A stretch of DNA of 64,000 bases from Candidatus Latescibacterota bacterium (GCA_965237675.1 OZ250150.1:5376001-5440000); one strand, 5' to 3'. Positions 40,536 through 51,575 are shown, counted from the first letter of the stretch. The notes: generated from the letters alone by a model not told the origin. Translations and numbers: made by a program.

Positions 40536-40550
40536 TGGTGAAAAACGCCA
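40536..40550. promoter_or_regulatory. Candidate PspF-type upstream activating sequence
   Basis: Imperfect palindrome TGGTG-AAAAA-CGCCA roughly 115-130 nt upstream of the predicted pspA transcription start. Confidence 0.5.
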
Positions 40551-40716
40551 TACGCAAGGCGAAAACAACCGGATTGGGCAGGCGTTGTTCACGGGTTTCG
40601 GGACGGAGCCGACTTGTTTTTTTTGGACAAATGGCGTAATATCTGATGTGCTCTCTAAGGAGGGCATGACAGGTGTGTTCGCCGGTTTATTCGAGCTTCC
40701 GTTCAGAACGGCAACT

Positions 40717-41838
40717 ATGGAAAACTATCGACATTTGCGCCTGCTGTGCGCTGTACTCTGCCTGGTCATGTTGCTCGCAAGCCCCCTTTCCGGACTCTCG
40801 CTGGTTTACAAGGTTCGGAAGGGCGACTCTCTGTGGTCCATTGCCAGGCAGTTCCAGACGAGCATCCGGGAAATCAAGCGAATCAACAAGCTGCGCACAA
40901 ATAACGTCTATCCGGGGCAGGTGCTGCGCGTGGGTCCGCGAATTGTCAAATTTGACGCGCGGAACGGCCCGTACTACTGGCGAAAACCATCAGCGGAAAG
41001 GCAAAGGCATCGGAACTATTCCGAAGCCGCGCGTTCCGCCCCAAGCGTGGATTATCGGCGGGCTCAGACCCTGTTGCGCGCTTTTGACGTCGAGATTCTG
41101 GCCCGGGCCCCCAGGGAGAGGCGGCAGCCGCTCAAAGGCTGGCGGATTGTGCTCGACCCGGGGCACGGGGGGATCGATCCGGGAGCGATCGTTTCCAATA
41201 CAACGGGCAAAAACAGGCGAGTTTACGTCGTTGAAGACGAATATGTATACGATATTGCACTGCGAGTGTACCGGAAGCTACGGCTCCTGGGCGCGGAGGT
41301 GGCATTAACGGTGATCAGTCCCAATCACCTGATTCGGGATAATCTGCGGGCCAGCATTACGTTCGTTCACGAAAAGAACGAAGTCTATAACGATGAGCGG
41401 TACAACCGGAGAAATTCGGATCGGGTGCGACCCAGGAGCGCCAATCTCTCACAGCGCGTTCGGGTTGCGAACCGGTTCTTCAAAAGGGCGCGCAGGGGCA
41501 GGAGTCTGTTTATCTCACTGCACGCAGATAACAACCCCCGACGGTCCAGGGGACCGCTGGCGATCTATCTGAAACGGCGTGGAAAGGTTGACAGGCGTTC
41601 CAGAACTTTCGCCCGCATCATGCGTTCAGCCCTGAACCGTCCGGACCTGCCCGCGAAGGTTCGGGGTCGGAGCCTGGGGGTATTGCGGAATAATCTGGCC
41701 CACGCCGAGATTCTGGTTGAGATTCACAACGTCCACGACAAGAACGACGCCTATCAGCTTCGGTACCATAAGGACAGAGAGCACAACGCGGAGCGGCTCG
41801 TTAACGGAATACTGGCGTATGCCAGGAAACGGCGATGA
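40717..41838 (+). CDS. LysM + N-acetylmuramoyl-L-alanine amidase (Amidase_3)
   Basis: Signal peptide; YKVRKGDSLWSIARQF LysM; LDPGHGG, E, ISLHAD, ILVE zinc ligands. Confidence 0.92.
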   Translation: MENYRHLRLLCAVLCLVMLLASPLSGLSLVYKVRKGDSLWSIARQFQTSIREIKRINKLRTNNVYPGQVLRVGPRIVKFDARNGPYYWRKPSAERQRHRNYSEAARSAPSVDYRRAQTLLRAFDVEILARAPRERRQPLKGWRIVLDPGHGGIDPGAIVSNTTGKNRRVYVVEDEYVYDIALRVYRKLRLLGAEVALTVISPNHLIRDNLRASITFVHEKNEVYNDERYNRRNSDRVRPRSANLSQRVRVANRFFKRARRGRSLFISLHADNNPRRSRGPLAIYLKRRGKVDRRSRTFARIMRSALNRPDLPAKVRGRSLGVLRNNLAHAEILVEIHNVHDKNDAYQLRYHKDREHNAERLVNGILAYARKRR

Positions 41839-41879
41839 GTGCCCGGAAATGGAGCGAGTCCGACGCCTTCAACGGACTG

Positions 41880-44321
41880 CTATCGCGTGAATCCCCTGAT
41901 ACGGAGTGAATTCGAGATAACCGAGACGGAACTCAGGGCCATCGCGCCGGCTGCCACCATGGGCCCACCGAGCGGGTTGAGCAGGCCGAGAGCGGCTACG
42001 GGAATCAGCAGGACGTTGTAGACAAACGCCCAGAACAAGTTCTGGCGGATCGTGCGCATGGTCCGGCCCGATAGGCGGATGGCGGTTTCTATTCCGGACA
42101 GGCTACCGGACATGAGGGTGATGTCCGCGCTTTCCATGGCGACGGCCGTGCCGGTGCCAACGGCAATGCCAACATCGGCGGTCGCCAGGGCAGGCGCGTC
42201 GTTGACGCCATCCCCGACCATGGCCACAAGATGCTCGGTTTGCAGTGCTTTGATGCGGGCGGCTTTCTCTTCGGGCATGACCTCGGCAATGACCTGCGCG
42301 ATGCCCGCCTCTTCCGCGATGGCTCCGGCGGTTCTTGCGTTGTCTCCCGTGAGGAGGATGACGTCCAGGTCCAGTGACTTGAGATCGGACACGGCGCCGA
42401 CGACATCCGGCTTCAGGATGTCCGCGACGCCGATGAGACCCTCCACGTTGTTGTCTATGGCGACAAACAGGACCGTTTTGCCGCTGGCTTCAAGACGCGC
42501 CGCCCGCGCATCCAGGTCATTAGATACCGTTGTCTGGCTTTCCATCAGTCGCCGGTTGCCAAGAAGGATGGTGCGACCGGCCTTTTTTGCGCGTACGCCC
42601 TGACCTGGCAGGGCTTCGAATTCCATGGAGTCTCCAATTGACCGCCCGGAATTCCGGGCCGCGTTTCGGATCGCCTCTCCCAGGGGGTGTTCGGAACCCT
42701 GTTCGACGGCCGCAGCCAATTGGAGCAGTTCCGGCTCCGTGTACGCACCCGCGGTGATGAGATCCGTAACGGCGGGTCGGCCGGTTGTGAGGGTGCCGGT
42801 TTTGTCCAGGACAATCGTGTCGAGCCGGTGGACGGTTTCAAGGACGGCGCCGCCCTTGATAAGGATCCCCAATTCAGCCGCCCGGCCGGTGCCGACCAGT
42901 ATGGCCGTGGGTGTGGCCAGCCCGAGTGCGCACGGACATGCGATAATGAGAACCGCTACGGCATTGAGCAGCGCGATGGGGGCGCCGGCCTCAGGCCCGT
43001 TGACCCACCAGAGGGCGAATGTAAGGAGGGAAACTCCGAAGACCACCGGCACAAAGATACCGGCAACGCGGTCTGCAAGGCGCTGGACGGGCGCGCGCGA
43101 GCCCTGGGCTTCGCGCACCATCCGGACGATCCGGGCATGCACCGTCTCGGCGCCAACCTGTAAAGCTTCAAAGGTGAAACTCCCGGTCTTGTTGAGGGTT
43201 GCCCCCAGAACCTGGCTCCCGGTACCCTTTTCAACGGGCATGCTTTCACCGGTAATCGCGGATTCGTCGACGCTCGATTGCCCCTCCCGTACAACGCCGT
43301 CCACCGGAATTCTGCCCCCCGGCCGAATGCGAATGAGGTCGCCTGCGATGACATCGTCTACAGGAACCAGCGATTCTTTGTCATCGCGAATCACGCAGGC
43401 GGTCTGCGGGCGAAGATCCATCAATTTTCGGATCGCTTCGGTGGTGCGGCTCCTGGACCGGATTTCCAGCAACCGGCCCAGAAGGATGAGGGTGACAATC
43501 ATGGCAGCCGTGTCGAAGTAGACGTTAACGGGCTGGCCCCCTTCGGAGACAGACTGGGGAAAGAAAACGCCAGCGACGCTGTATCCATAGGCCGCAAGCG
43601 TACCCACGGCAATGAGGCTGTTCATGTCGGCAGCCCCGTGACGCAGGCCGATCCAGAACCCTCTGAGAAAACGCCAGCCACACCAGAATTGCACGGGAGT
43701 CGCCAGGAGGAAGAGAAGCAGGTGAACCTCCTGCGTGGCGAACGGTCCGGCGTGGGTTTTGTGCAGCATGCCCACGCTCATCAGGAGCGTTGACAGCACG
43801 GCCGCAACGATGAAACGAACGCGCACCGAACGGCGTTCCGACCTTTGTTCCGTGGGTTCGCCGTTGTCCTCGATCGGATCTTTTTCGGCGACCATTGCGC
43901 CGTACCCGGCATCGGTCACCGCCCGTGTCAGCAGGGACGCGTCGACATGGAGATGGCGCACGGTGGCCTGGCGGGTCGCAAGGTTGACCGCGGCATCGAG
44001 AACGCCGGGAACGCCGGTTAATGCATTTTCGATACGGGAGACGCAGGCGGCGCAGGTCATGTCGCGAATGGCAAGCTTCGTTTCTTCGGTACGCAGTCCG
44101 TAGCCGAGGCTCTCGATTCTCCCAACCAGCTGGTGCACGACGGCCCGATCGGACTCGATCAGCACGGTGGCCTCCTCCGTCGCAAAGTTGACGACCGCTT
44201 CGCTGACGCCGCCCATCTGCTGCAATTCCCCCTGGATCCGTGCCGCACAGGCGGCACAACTCATGCCGGTGACGGGCACGGTCAGGCGGACCTTTCTATT
44301 CGACTCGAGAATTCGGGACAT
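41880..44321 (-). CDS. copA: Cu(I)-translocating P1B-type ATPase
   Basis: Two CAAC metal-binding domains, [29 protein letters not shown]. Confidence 0.95.
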   Translation of the reverse strand: MSRILESNRKVRLTVPVTGMSCAACAARIQGELQQMGGVSEAVVNFATEEATVLIESDRAVVHQLVGRIESLGYGLRTEETKLAIRDMTCAACVSRIENALTGVPGVLDAAVNLATRQATVRHLHVDASLLTRAVTDAGYGAMVAEKDPIEDNGEPTEQRSERRSVRVRFIVAAVLSTLLMSVGMLHKTHAGPFATQEVHLLLFLLATPVQFWCGWRFLRGFWIGLRHGAADMNSLIAVGTLAAYGYSVAGVFFPQSVSEGGQPVNVYFDTAAMIVTLILLGRLLEIRSRSRTTEAIRKLMDLRPQTACVIRDDKESLVPVDDVIAGDLIRIRPGGRIPVDGVVREGQSSVDESAITGESMPVEKGTGSQVLGATLNKTGSFTFEALQVGAETVHARIVRMVREAQGSRAPVQRLADRVAGIFVPVVFGVSLLTFALWWVNGPEAGAPIALLNAVAVLIIACPCALGLATPTAILVGTGRAAELGILIKGGAVLETVHRLDTIVLDKTGTLTTGRPAVTDLITAGAYTEPELLQLAAAVEQGSEHPLGEAIRNAARNSGRSIGDSMEFEALPGQGVRAKKAGRTILLGNRRLMESQTTVSNDLDARAARLEASGKTVLFVAIDNNVEGLIGVADILKPDVVGAVSDLKSLDLDVILLTGDNARTAGAIAEEAGIAQVIAEVMPEEKAARIKALQTEHLVAMVGDGVNDAPALATADVGIAVGTGTAVAMESADITLMSGSLSGIETAIRLSGRTMRTIRQNLFWAFVYNVLLIPVAALGLLNPLGGPMVAAGAMALSSVSVISNSLRIRGFTR

Positions 44322-44364
44322 GTTTTTACCGGCCCTGGTCCTTCTGATAACGTGGAAAGGGCTT

Positions 44365-45396
44365 TCAGAAAATCGTTCCACGGGCATGGCGAGGTGAAAA
44401 ATGGTCGAATCCGTGCGCCGCCAGCTCCATCCTCGCACCCTTCGCGTCTTCCAGATAAATGCGTCCGTCTCCAGCCTCGATTCGACCGATCCGGATAACC
44501 CCCGACTCGCCCGCGAGGGCCTGGATGTCATTTCTCCGTCCGGGCGCCACCGTGAACAGCAGTTCGTAATCCTCTCCACCTGAAATCGCCAGATCCCGGG
44601 TTCCGATATCCGCAAGTGCACAGAATCGCCGGAGCGCCGGTGAAACAGGTATCGTCGTTTCGCCGATCACCGCGGAGACCCCGCTCTGCCTGCAAATGTG
44701 CCGCAAGTCGGAACCCATCCCGTCCGAAAGATCCAGCATCGCGGTCACGTCGCCCGACGCCGACAGCACCTGGCCCAACGCCACCCGGGGCTCCGGCCGG
44801 TGGTGCCTGCCCAGGAGAAACTCACGGTCTTCCCTCGAAAGCCCGACCGTATTCCCCAACGCCAGTTCCAATCCGGCCGCGGAATCCCCGAGGGTGCCCG
44901 ACACGTAGATCAGGTCGCCGGGGCGTGCGCCCGACCGGTAGCACACCCGGTCCTGATCCATCTCGCCGGTCAGCGTCAGATTCATCACCAGCGGCCCGGT
45001 ACTCCGCGTTGTGTCGCCCCCCACGACGTTCACGCCGAAACGGGTCGCGCACGCGCGCAATCCATCGTATACGCGTTCCATATAGCCAACGTCGAAGTCG
45101 GGGGAAACCGCCACGGAAACCAGCGCCTCTCGAGGTTCCCCGCCCATCGCCGCGATATCCGACAGGTTCACTGCCAGCAGCTTGTGCCCGAGCCACCGGG
45201 CATCGGAAGCCTCAACCACAAAATGCACGCCTTCCACCATCAGATCAGACGTAATGAGCCGCACCCGATCGTTTCCGCGCCCCAATACTGCGCAGTCATC
45301 CCCAATCCCACACACCACGTCAGCGGACCCCTCCAATCCGGCGGCCGCGATCCGCTCGATAAATTCAAATTCACCCAATTCCCGAAATGTCGTCAC
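44365..45396 (-). CDS. thiL: Thiamine-monophosphate kinase
   Basis: [47 protein letters not shown]. Confidence 0.96.
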   Translation of the reverse strand: MTTFRELGEFEFIERIAAAGLEGSADVVCGIGDDCAVLGRGNDRVRLITSDLMVEGVHFVVEASDARWLGHKLLAVNLSDIAAMGGEPREALVSVAVSPDFDVGYMERVYDGLRACATRFGVNVVGGDTTRSTGPLVMNLTLTGEMDQDRVCYRSGARPGDLIYVSGTLGDSAAGLELALGNTVGLSREDREFLLGRHHRPEPRVALGQVLSASGDVTAMLDLSDGMGSDLRHICRQSGVSAVIGETTIPVSPALRRFCALADIGTRDLAISGGEDYELLFTVAPGRRNDIQALAGESGVIRIGRIEAGDGRIYLEDAKGARMELAAHGFDHFSPRHARGTIF

Positions 45397-45474
45397 GGGA
45401 TTCTCCCCGGGAAACAGCAGCCGGCTTGCGCGCCCTGGGAGCGGCAACGAAATCCGGACCGCAGGTGGAAGGTC

Positions 45475-46242
45475 TCACCCTTGCCGCTCACGTCGTCGCT
45501 GCCAGGCCACCACCTCCGCATAGGGCACGTCTCCACCGAAAATATCCAGCGCGCTGCCGATCGTCAGTCCCACGCGCCCCATCCCCAGTTTCTCGACGCG
45601 GTCCAGGTCTTCCAGGCGCCTCACGCCGCCTGCGTACGTCACGTCTATTGGCGACTCGGCGCCCAGCAATTCCACCAGCGAATCTTCAATCCCCGTCCGT
45701 CTACCCTCTACGTCCACCCCGTGCACCAGGAACCCATCGCAGAATTCCGAAAGCCAGTTCAGCGTTGGCGCGTTCACCTGAACGCGGGTAAACTTCCGCC
45801 ACAGATCGGTCACCACTAGATACGCACCTCCGCGCCTCCGGCAGCTCAGATCCAGCACCAGACGCTCCCGATCGACGGAACGGACCATCCGGTCCAGCCG
45901 TTCGGTATCCACCCGTCCATCCCGAAACACATACGATGTGACGATCACGTGGCTGGCACCGGCATCCAGATATCGGTGCGCGTTTACGGGCCCGATACCG
46001 CCTCCCACACGGAGACCGCCGGGATAGGCGGACAGCGCGGACAGCGCGGCCGTCTCATTGCCCGGGCCCAGCATGATAACGTGCCCTGCCGGCAGGATGT
46101 CCGCCCTGTACATCCTCGCGTAGTCGGCCGGGAGCCGGCCTGTCTCGAAGTTCGTCGCCGGCGTGGCGCCGTCGCGTAGAGACCCGCCAACAATTTGGAC
46201 CACGCGCCCGCCACGCAGATCGATACACGGCCTGAAATTCAC
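45475..46242 (-). CDS. hisA: ProFAR isomerase, eukaryotic (His6)-type HisA
   Basis: FRPCIDLRGGRVVQIVGG, GHVIMLG, ASHVIVTSYVF, LVLDLSCR, VDVEG, TIGSALDIFGG. Confidence 0.93.
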   Translation of the reverse strand: MNFRPCIDLRGGRVVQIVGGSLRDGATPATNFETGRLPADYARMYRADILPAGHVIMLGPGNETAALSALSAYPGGLRVGGGIGPVNAHRYLDAGASHVIVTSYVFRDGRVDTERLDRMVRSVDRERLVLDLSCRRRGGAYLVVTDLWRKFTRVQVNAPTLNWLSEFCDGFLVHGVDVEGRRTGIEDSLVELLGAESPIDVTYAGGVRRLEDLDRVEKLGMGRVGLTIGSALDIFGGDVPYAEVVAWQRRRERQG

Positions 46243-46368
46243 GGATGCTCCTTGCAGCGGCCAGAGAATTACGGTTTCGCACCGAAAAAAGTAAGGCCGG
46301 AACCGTCGATGCGAAAGGCATCCTGGCGGCCGCCATTTTGTCCACCGGGACTGAAAATCAACCCTCCC

Positions 46369-46397
46369 AATATAACGTACAACACTAACCACTTCAA
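46369..46397 (-). promoter_or_regulatory. Sigma70-type promoter for hisA-thiL-copA
   Basis: Minus strand TTGAAG-17 nt-TATATT, just downstream of the RND terminator. Confidence 0.6.
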
Positions 46398-46421
46398 CCC
46401 TGGTCCATCCGCGACATGGAC

Positions 46422-46452
46422 AAAAAAAGACCGGAGGGCGCCACCTCCGGCC
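46422..46452 (-). terminator. Intrinsic terminator after the RND gene
   Basis: Minus strand GGCCGGAGG-tggcgc-CCTCCGGTC followed by T7. Confidence 0.85.
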
Positions 46453-46522
46453 TTGAAATCGTCCGGGAAAAACCGATACAATGACCACCCTTCGAACGGT
46501 CCCCCGGCGAACTGCTCCTCAA

Positions 46523-49500
46523 TCAGTCGTCCGCCGATTGATCGTAGGCGGCCTGCCGGAAGAACGTGGCTCTTACAATCCTCTGCAAAAACGTCCGCAG
46601 ATCGTCCAGCAGCGTATAGAATATCGGCACAAGCAGCAGGGTCAGAAACGTGGAGACAAACAACCCGCCCATCAGGGTTCGACCGAGCGGCGAATAGGGA
46701 ATCCCGATTAGATTGGTATTGCCCAACGCCATTGGCACCAGACCGAACACCGTGGTAAACGTGGTCATCAGAATGGGCCGGAACCGATTGTGACCGGCCT
46801 CGAGAATCGCCTCGGTCCGCCCCATGCCCTCCACGCGCAACCGGTTAATCATATCCACCAGCACAATAGCGTTGTTGACCACGACTCCGATCAGTACGAT
46901 CATACCGATGTTGGCCATCATGTCCATCGGCGTACCGGTCAGGTAGAGCGTCCAGTAAACCCCCAGAAACGAAAACGGAATGGAAAACAACACCGAAAAC
47001 GGAAGAATCACAGACTCGAACAACACCCCCATCAGCAGAAAGACGCACGTAACGGCCATCACCACCGCAAACATTGTCTCATCGCCGGACTCGCGGAATC
47101 TTGTGAATCGTTCTCCTTTGTTCCACGAATATCCCCGCGGCATCCCGAATCCCTCCATCGCCCGATCGATATCGGCGTAGAGACTCTTTAAATCGTCCTT
47201 GGTCGTAAACACCTTCACCCGCAGACGGGTCTTGCCGTCTTCACGTCGAATTCTCCCGCGACCCCGCGTTACCTTGACGCTTGCCAGTTCGGAGAGCGGA
47301 ATCTCTTCTCCCGACGCCGATCTGAACATAAACCCCTTGAGGTGATGAAGGGTCTGCCGATCCGCCTCTTCGAGGTATAGGCGGGTATCCACCTCCCGCT
47401 CTCCGGTCTGGAACCTGGGCAGGCTCACACCCTGCATCGAAAAAGCGAGCGTGCGGGCGACAACCTGCGGAGAAATCCCGTAACGTCTCGCCCGCTCCCG
47501 GTTGATATGGACCTGCGCCTCGTCGCTGGAACGTTCCAGGTCGGAATCCACGCTCACCGCGGAGGGTATCGCCCCCAGCCGGCGCTCGACTTCCGTGACG
47601 AGTCCGGCCAGAACTTCGGTGTCGTCTCCGTAGAGATACACCGAAACCGAAGGATCGCCGCCCCCGCTGCCACGGCTCTCCACGCCGATCCGCACGCCCA
47701 CGTACTTGGGGATGTTATGTTTCAGGTCCTTTATGACCTCGGTGCGGGCCATCGTTTTATCCACCGGAACCCCCAGACCCGACCTCAGGTTCTTGTACGC
47801 GACATACCACCACGCTTCGTTGGGATTCGTATCCAGGTAGATCTCGAAATTTCCCCGGGTCTTTCGGAACCAGGACCGGACGGTTCTGATGCCGTACACT
47901 TCCCGCTTCGAGTTCAGAAAATCCTCAACCTCGTTCATCAATTCAAAGGTCTCAATCGTTGAAAAGTCGCGGGGCGTTCGAACATAGATATCGATATCGT
48001 TGATGTTTCCACGGGAAGAATCCGAGCGTTTCATGTTGTTTGACGGAATCAAAATGGTCGCGAACAGCGCCAGCAAAACCAATATCGCGTCGCGCCGGTG
48101 ACTCAGTGCCCATTTCAACGCGCGGCCGTAAACCCTCCGAGCCCACCCGATCGACTTCGAGTCCGGCTTCACCCGACTGCCCCCGAACCGCACCGAGGCA
48201 AGCGGGATGATCAGCAGGGCCACAAACAACGATCCCACCAGCATCACGATTACGGGGACACCCATTCTGGACAGATAGAACGTCATCCCCACATTGCCGG
48301 TCATCAGCATCAGCGGCAAAAAGACCACAACCGTGGTCAGCGTCGCCATGGATATCGCCATGGCGACTTCGCTGGCGCCCACGACGGCCGCCTGCTTAGG
48401 CGGCTCACCCTTCTCTCGCCACCGATATATATTCTCCAGAATCACGACCGCATTGTCCACAACCATACCCACACCCACCATCAGACCCATCATCGTCATG
48501 ATATTCAGGGACCACCCCGCGAAATAGAGCACCGTAAGGGTCATCATCGCGCACAACGGGATCGACAGCGTAATGATGGCCGTCATTCTGATGACCCGCA
48601 GGAAGAACAGCAGAATCAGGGCGGCAAACAACCCGCCCCAGAGTCCCGTATTCCTCAAATTGGCAACGGACTGGCGGATAAATTGGCCCTGGTTGAAAAA
48701 CACGTTGAACCGCACTTTTCCGGCCGCGCCCGACGCGGTCTCGATCTCCCCCAGAGCTGCCGACACACGTTCGCATACTGTGGCGATGTCGGCTCCCGAC
48801 TCGGCCTTGATCCCGATCGAAGAGGCCGGCTGCCCATCGATTCTCTGATACCAGCTTCGAGCCGGGATATCGTATACGACGTCGGCCACCTCCCGCAACC
48901 TCACACCCCCCTCGCGGGTATCGAGCGGGATATTGCGGATTTCGTCCAGACTGCGGTATCGCGCCAGAGACCTGACGTAGAATTTCGTGTCTCCCTCGTT
49001 CACGTAACCGCTCTTAAGCGCAAAATTGTCGTTCTGCAGACTCTGAACCATCTCATAGACGTTCACGCCGCGCGCCTGCAGTTGCTCCCGATTGATCTCG
49101 ATCATCACCTCTTTAGGGTCCGCACCCCAGAGTTCCACCCTGGCCACCCCTTCGATTCGTTCCAGGGGTCGTTGCACATGGGTTTCCAGAAAACCGTATA
49201 CGTCGGTAATTGTGGAATCCAGGGCCGCTCCGAACCACATAATTGGCCGGTCTTCGTCGTTGTATTTCCACACGAAAACACGATCTCGCACCTCGTCGGG
49301 AAGTTCCGGTTTAAGCCGGTCCAGCTGATCCCTCAACTGGTTGTACGCCAGAGTCATGTCGGCATCCTGCTGAAACCGAAGCGGGGCGCCGACCCCACGG
49401 CTGTCCGTGTACGTCCGGACCTGTTTGATTCCCCTGATCGTCCGCAACCGCTCCTCCAGGGGGCGTGTAATCTGTTGCTCGACCTCTTGAGGCGTGGCAT

Positions 49501-49681
49501 TTGAGCCGGGATACCGGACGCTCAACCACAAAAAGGGCGGATCAAATCCGGCGGGCATCATCTTCACTGCGATCCGGGAATACGCCACCGCACCCATCAC
49601 GAGCAGAGCCGCCAGACACACCGTTATCGTCACCGGACGATTGACGGAAATGCGTGACAGAAGGGAAGATCTGTTGTTCAT
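46523..49681 (-). CDS. RND efflux permease (AcrB/AcrD/AcrF family)
   Basis: 1052 aa; SVNRPVT, GMVVDNAVVILENI, GVVVNNAIVLVD, RFRPILMT. Confidence 0.95.
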   Translation of the reverse strand: MNNRSSLLSRISVNRPVTITVCLAALLVMGAVAYSRIAVKMMPAGFDPPFLWLSVRYPGSNATPQEVEQQITRPLEERLRTIRGIKQVRTYTDSRGVGAPLRFQQDADMTLAYNQLRDQLDRLKPELPDEVRDRVFVWKYNDEDRPIMWFGAALDSTITDVYGFLETHVQRPLERIEGVARVELWGADPKEVMIEINREQLQARGVNVYEMVQSLQNDNFALKSGYVNEGDTKFYVRSLARYRSLDEIRNIPLDTREGGVRLREVADVVYDIPARSWYQRIDGQPASSIGIKAESGADIATVCERVSAALGEIETASGAAGKVRFNVFFNQGQFIRQSVANLRNTGLWGGLFAALILLFFLRVIRMTAIITLSIPLCAMMTLTVLYFAGWSLNIMTMMGLMVGVGMVVDNAVVILENIYRWREKGEPPKQAAVVGASEVAMAISMATLTTVVVFLPLMLMTGNVGMTFYLSRMGVPVIVMLVGSLFVALLIIPLASVRFGGSRVKPDSKSIGWARRVYGRALKWALSHRRDAILVLLALFATILIPSNNMKRSDSSRGNINDIDIYVRTPRDFSTIETFELMNEVEDFLNSKREVYGIRTVRSWFRKTRGNFEIYLDTNPNEAWWYVAYKNLRSGLGVPVDKTMARTEVIKDLKHNIPKYVGVRIGVESRGSGGGDPSVSVYLYGDDTEVLAGLVTEVERRLGAIPSAVSVDSDLERSSDEAQVHINRERARRYGISPQVVARTLAFSMQGVSLPRFQTGEREVDTRLYLEEADRQTLHHLKGFMFRSASGEEIPLSELASVKVTRGRGRIRREDGKTRLRVKVFTTKDDLKSLYADIDRAMEGFGMPRGYSWNKGERFTRFRESGDETMFAVVMAVTCVFLLMGVLFESVILPFSVLFSIPFSFLGVYWTLYLTGTPMDMMANIGMIVLIGVVVNNAIVLVDMINRLRVEGMGRTEAILEAGHNRFRPILMTTFTTVFGLVPMALGNTNLIGIPYSPLGRTLMGGLFVSTFLTLLLVPIFYTLLDDLRTFLQRIVRATFFRQAAYDQSADD

Positions 49682-49706
49682 TGAGAAGATGCTCCGTTGA
49701 CCCCTT

Positions 49707-49733
49707 GTGTCCTGTCCCGGAAATAGATTACCG
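49707..49733. repeat. Solo end of the MITE-like family
   Basis: GTGTCCTGTCCCGGAAATAGATTACCG matches the reverse complement of the right end of copy A at 25 of 27 nt; no partner end found. Confidence 0.7.
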
Positions 49734-49923
49734 CACTATCCAATTGTGACGGCCGATACAACCCCTGACCATAGGACGCGCCTACCCCCTATATGATTCA
49801 GCCCTACCGTCGAAAATATCGGTGTGCCGGTGAAAATCGAGCACGCGTTCGAATACTGACCACGGATCCGGCGGGCGCAAAATGGTACAGGGGGGAGGTT
49901 GACCCATCCCCTCGTGCGAAGGG

Positions 49924-50274
49924 TTACAGATGGGACCTTCCCGCGACGCGGCGCAACGCCTTCTTACGCGACACGCTGCGTTTCTGTTCCAGGCGTCTCG
50001 CCCTGGACGCACGCGAGGGTCTGGTGGGAATGCGGGACTTGCCTGTGTGGTTCAACCCGATGAGTTTCTGCCGGAGACGCTGGAGGGCAAGGTCCTTGTT
50101 GCGGCCCTGAAGGCGATGTTCGGACGCAACGACCATGATACCGGTGGGAATGTGTACCAGCCTGACTGCGCTTTCGACCTTGTTGCGGTGCTGGCCGCCC
50201 GGGCCCCCGCCGCGAAAGGGGTGAAATCGCACTTCCTTCAGGAGGGCTTCAGGATTGGTGTTATAGGGAGACAT
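49924..50274 (-). CDS. arfB: Ribosome-rescue peptidyl-tRNA hydrolase (ArfB-like)
   Basis: GGPGGQHRNKVESAVRL and basic tail RIPTRPSRASRARRLEQKR. Confidence 0.8.
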   Translation of the reverse strand: MSPYNTNPEALLKEVRFHPFRGGGPGGQHRNKVESAVRLVHIPTGIMVVASEHRLQGRNKDLALQRLRQKLIGLNHTGKSRIPTRPSRASRARRLEQKRSVSRKKALRRVAGRSHL

Positions 50275-50348
50275 GTCGGAATTCGGAGCCGTCTTTGCCC
50301 GCCCGGTTTCTTGAAACAGGCCCGGATGCCAGATCCTGAGACCCGCCT

Positions 50349-51575
50349 CTATAGCAGCCCGGCTCGGCGGAGGGCGTCGGCCATGATGCTTTCAGATTTG
50401 TTATCGGACGTGTTTTCCTTGGTCTTGAACGTTTCGATTTCTTTGACTTCAACCGCTTTCTTTTCTTCTTCCTGCACGTCGCGTATGGAAAGGGAGATGC
50501 GTTTTTTCTCGCGGTCGATTTTCCGGATTCGGGCGCGAACTTCCTGTCCGACCGAAACGGCGTCGGCGGGCCGCGCCACGCGGCTTCGGGCGAGTTGGGA
50601 GACGTGAACCAGGCCTTCCACACCCGGAGCGACTTCGACAAAGGCGCCGAATTGCTGAACGGAGACGACTTTCCCGGTGATGACCTCCCCCTCCTGAACT
50701 TTTTCGATCACACCGTCCCAGGGGTCGGGCAGGAGGGCTTTTATGGAGAGCGAGATCCGTTCCTTGTCTCCACCCAGGTCTTTGAGTTCGAGAATCTTCA
50801 CGTTGACTTCGTCTCCGGACCGGAGTACGTCTTTCGGATGTCCGACCCGGTTGTGGGCGATTTCAGATATGTGGACCAGCCCCTCCACACCGCCGAGATC
50901 GACAAAGACGCCGAATCGCTCCAGTCGGGTGATCTTGCCTGTGACCTCGGCGCCCTCGAGGAGTTTTTCGCGCAGTTCGTTTGCACGGCGTGCGGCCTCG
51001 GCTTCGAGATGGGCGCGACGCGAAAGCACAATGTTGCGGCCCCGACCTCGGAATTCGACAACTATGAACGTATGGGTCTGGCCGGCGTAGGAGGCCAGGT
51101 CTTTGCTGTAACCCGTATCGATCTGGGAAACCGGACAGAAAGCCCGCCGGCCGCCGAGGTTGACAACCAGACCGCCGGAGTTGAACCCGGTCACCCGCCC
51201 GTCGACAGGTATCTTGTTTTCGTAGGCCTGACGCAATATCTGAATGTTGCCCGTGCGCCGGGACAGGGTCAATCGGACTTCGTTTTCCACCGATGCGACA
51301 AAGGCTTCGATGTTATCGCCAACCTGGCAGGAGACCTCACCGTGTTCGTCTCTGAGTTCCTGGATGTCGACAACGGCCTCGCTCCGGCCTCCGTAGTCTA
51401 TAAACACAGAGGTGTCATCGATGGTCTGGATGCGACCCGAGAGCCGCTGGCCCAACGAAAGTATCGGCTCGGGCGCCTGATCGGGTTCTCGGTCGAGCAT
51501 CGCGGCAAATTCGTCGCTGGAACGGTCCGCAACGTATTCGGCGTCCATTTCATGCACATTTCGAGGTTCGGTCAT
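50349..51575 (-). CDS. rpsA: 30S ribosomal protein S1 (four S1 domains)
   Basis: [59 protein letters not shown]. Confidence 0.9.
   Translation of the reverse strand: MTEPRNVHEMDAEYVADRSSDEFAAMLDREPDQAPEPILSLGQRLSGRIQTIDDTSVFIDYGGRSEAVVDIQELRDEHGEVSCQVGDNIEAFVASVENEVRLTLSRRTGNIQILRQAYENKIPVDGRVTGFNSGGLVVNLGGRRAFCPVSQIDTGYSKDLASYAGQTHTFIVVEFRGRGRNIVLSRRAHLEAEAARRANELREKLLEGAEVTGKITRLERFGVFVDLGGVEGLVHISEIAHNRVGHPKDVLRSGDEVNVKILELKDLGGDKERISLSIKALLPDPWDGVIEKVQEGEVITGKVVSVQQFGAFVEVAPGVEGLVHVSQLARSRVARPADAVSVGQEVRARIRKIDREKKRISLSIRDVQEEEKKAVEVKEIETFKTKENTSDNKSESIMADALRRAGLL

Noticed and set aside
46255-46335. Possible c-di-GMP, ZTP or TPP riboswitch or SRP RNA upstream of hisA-thiL
   Set aside because: Conserved core nucleotides of these families are absent; kept only as an unassigned structured leader.
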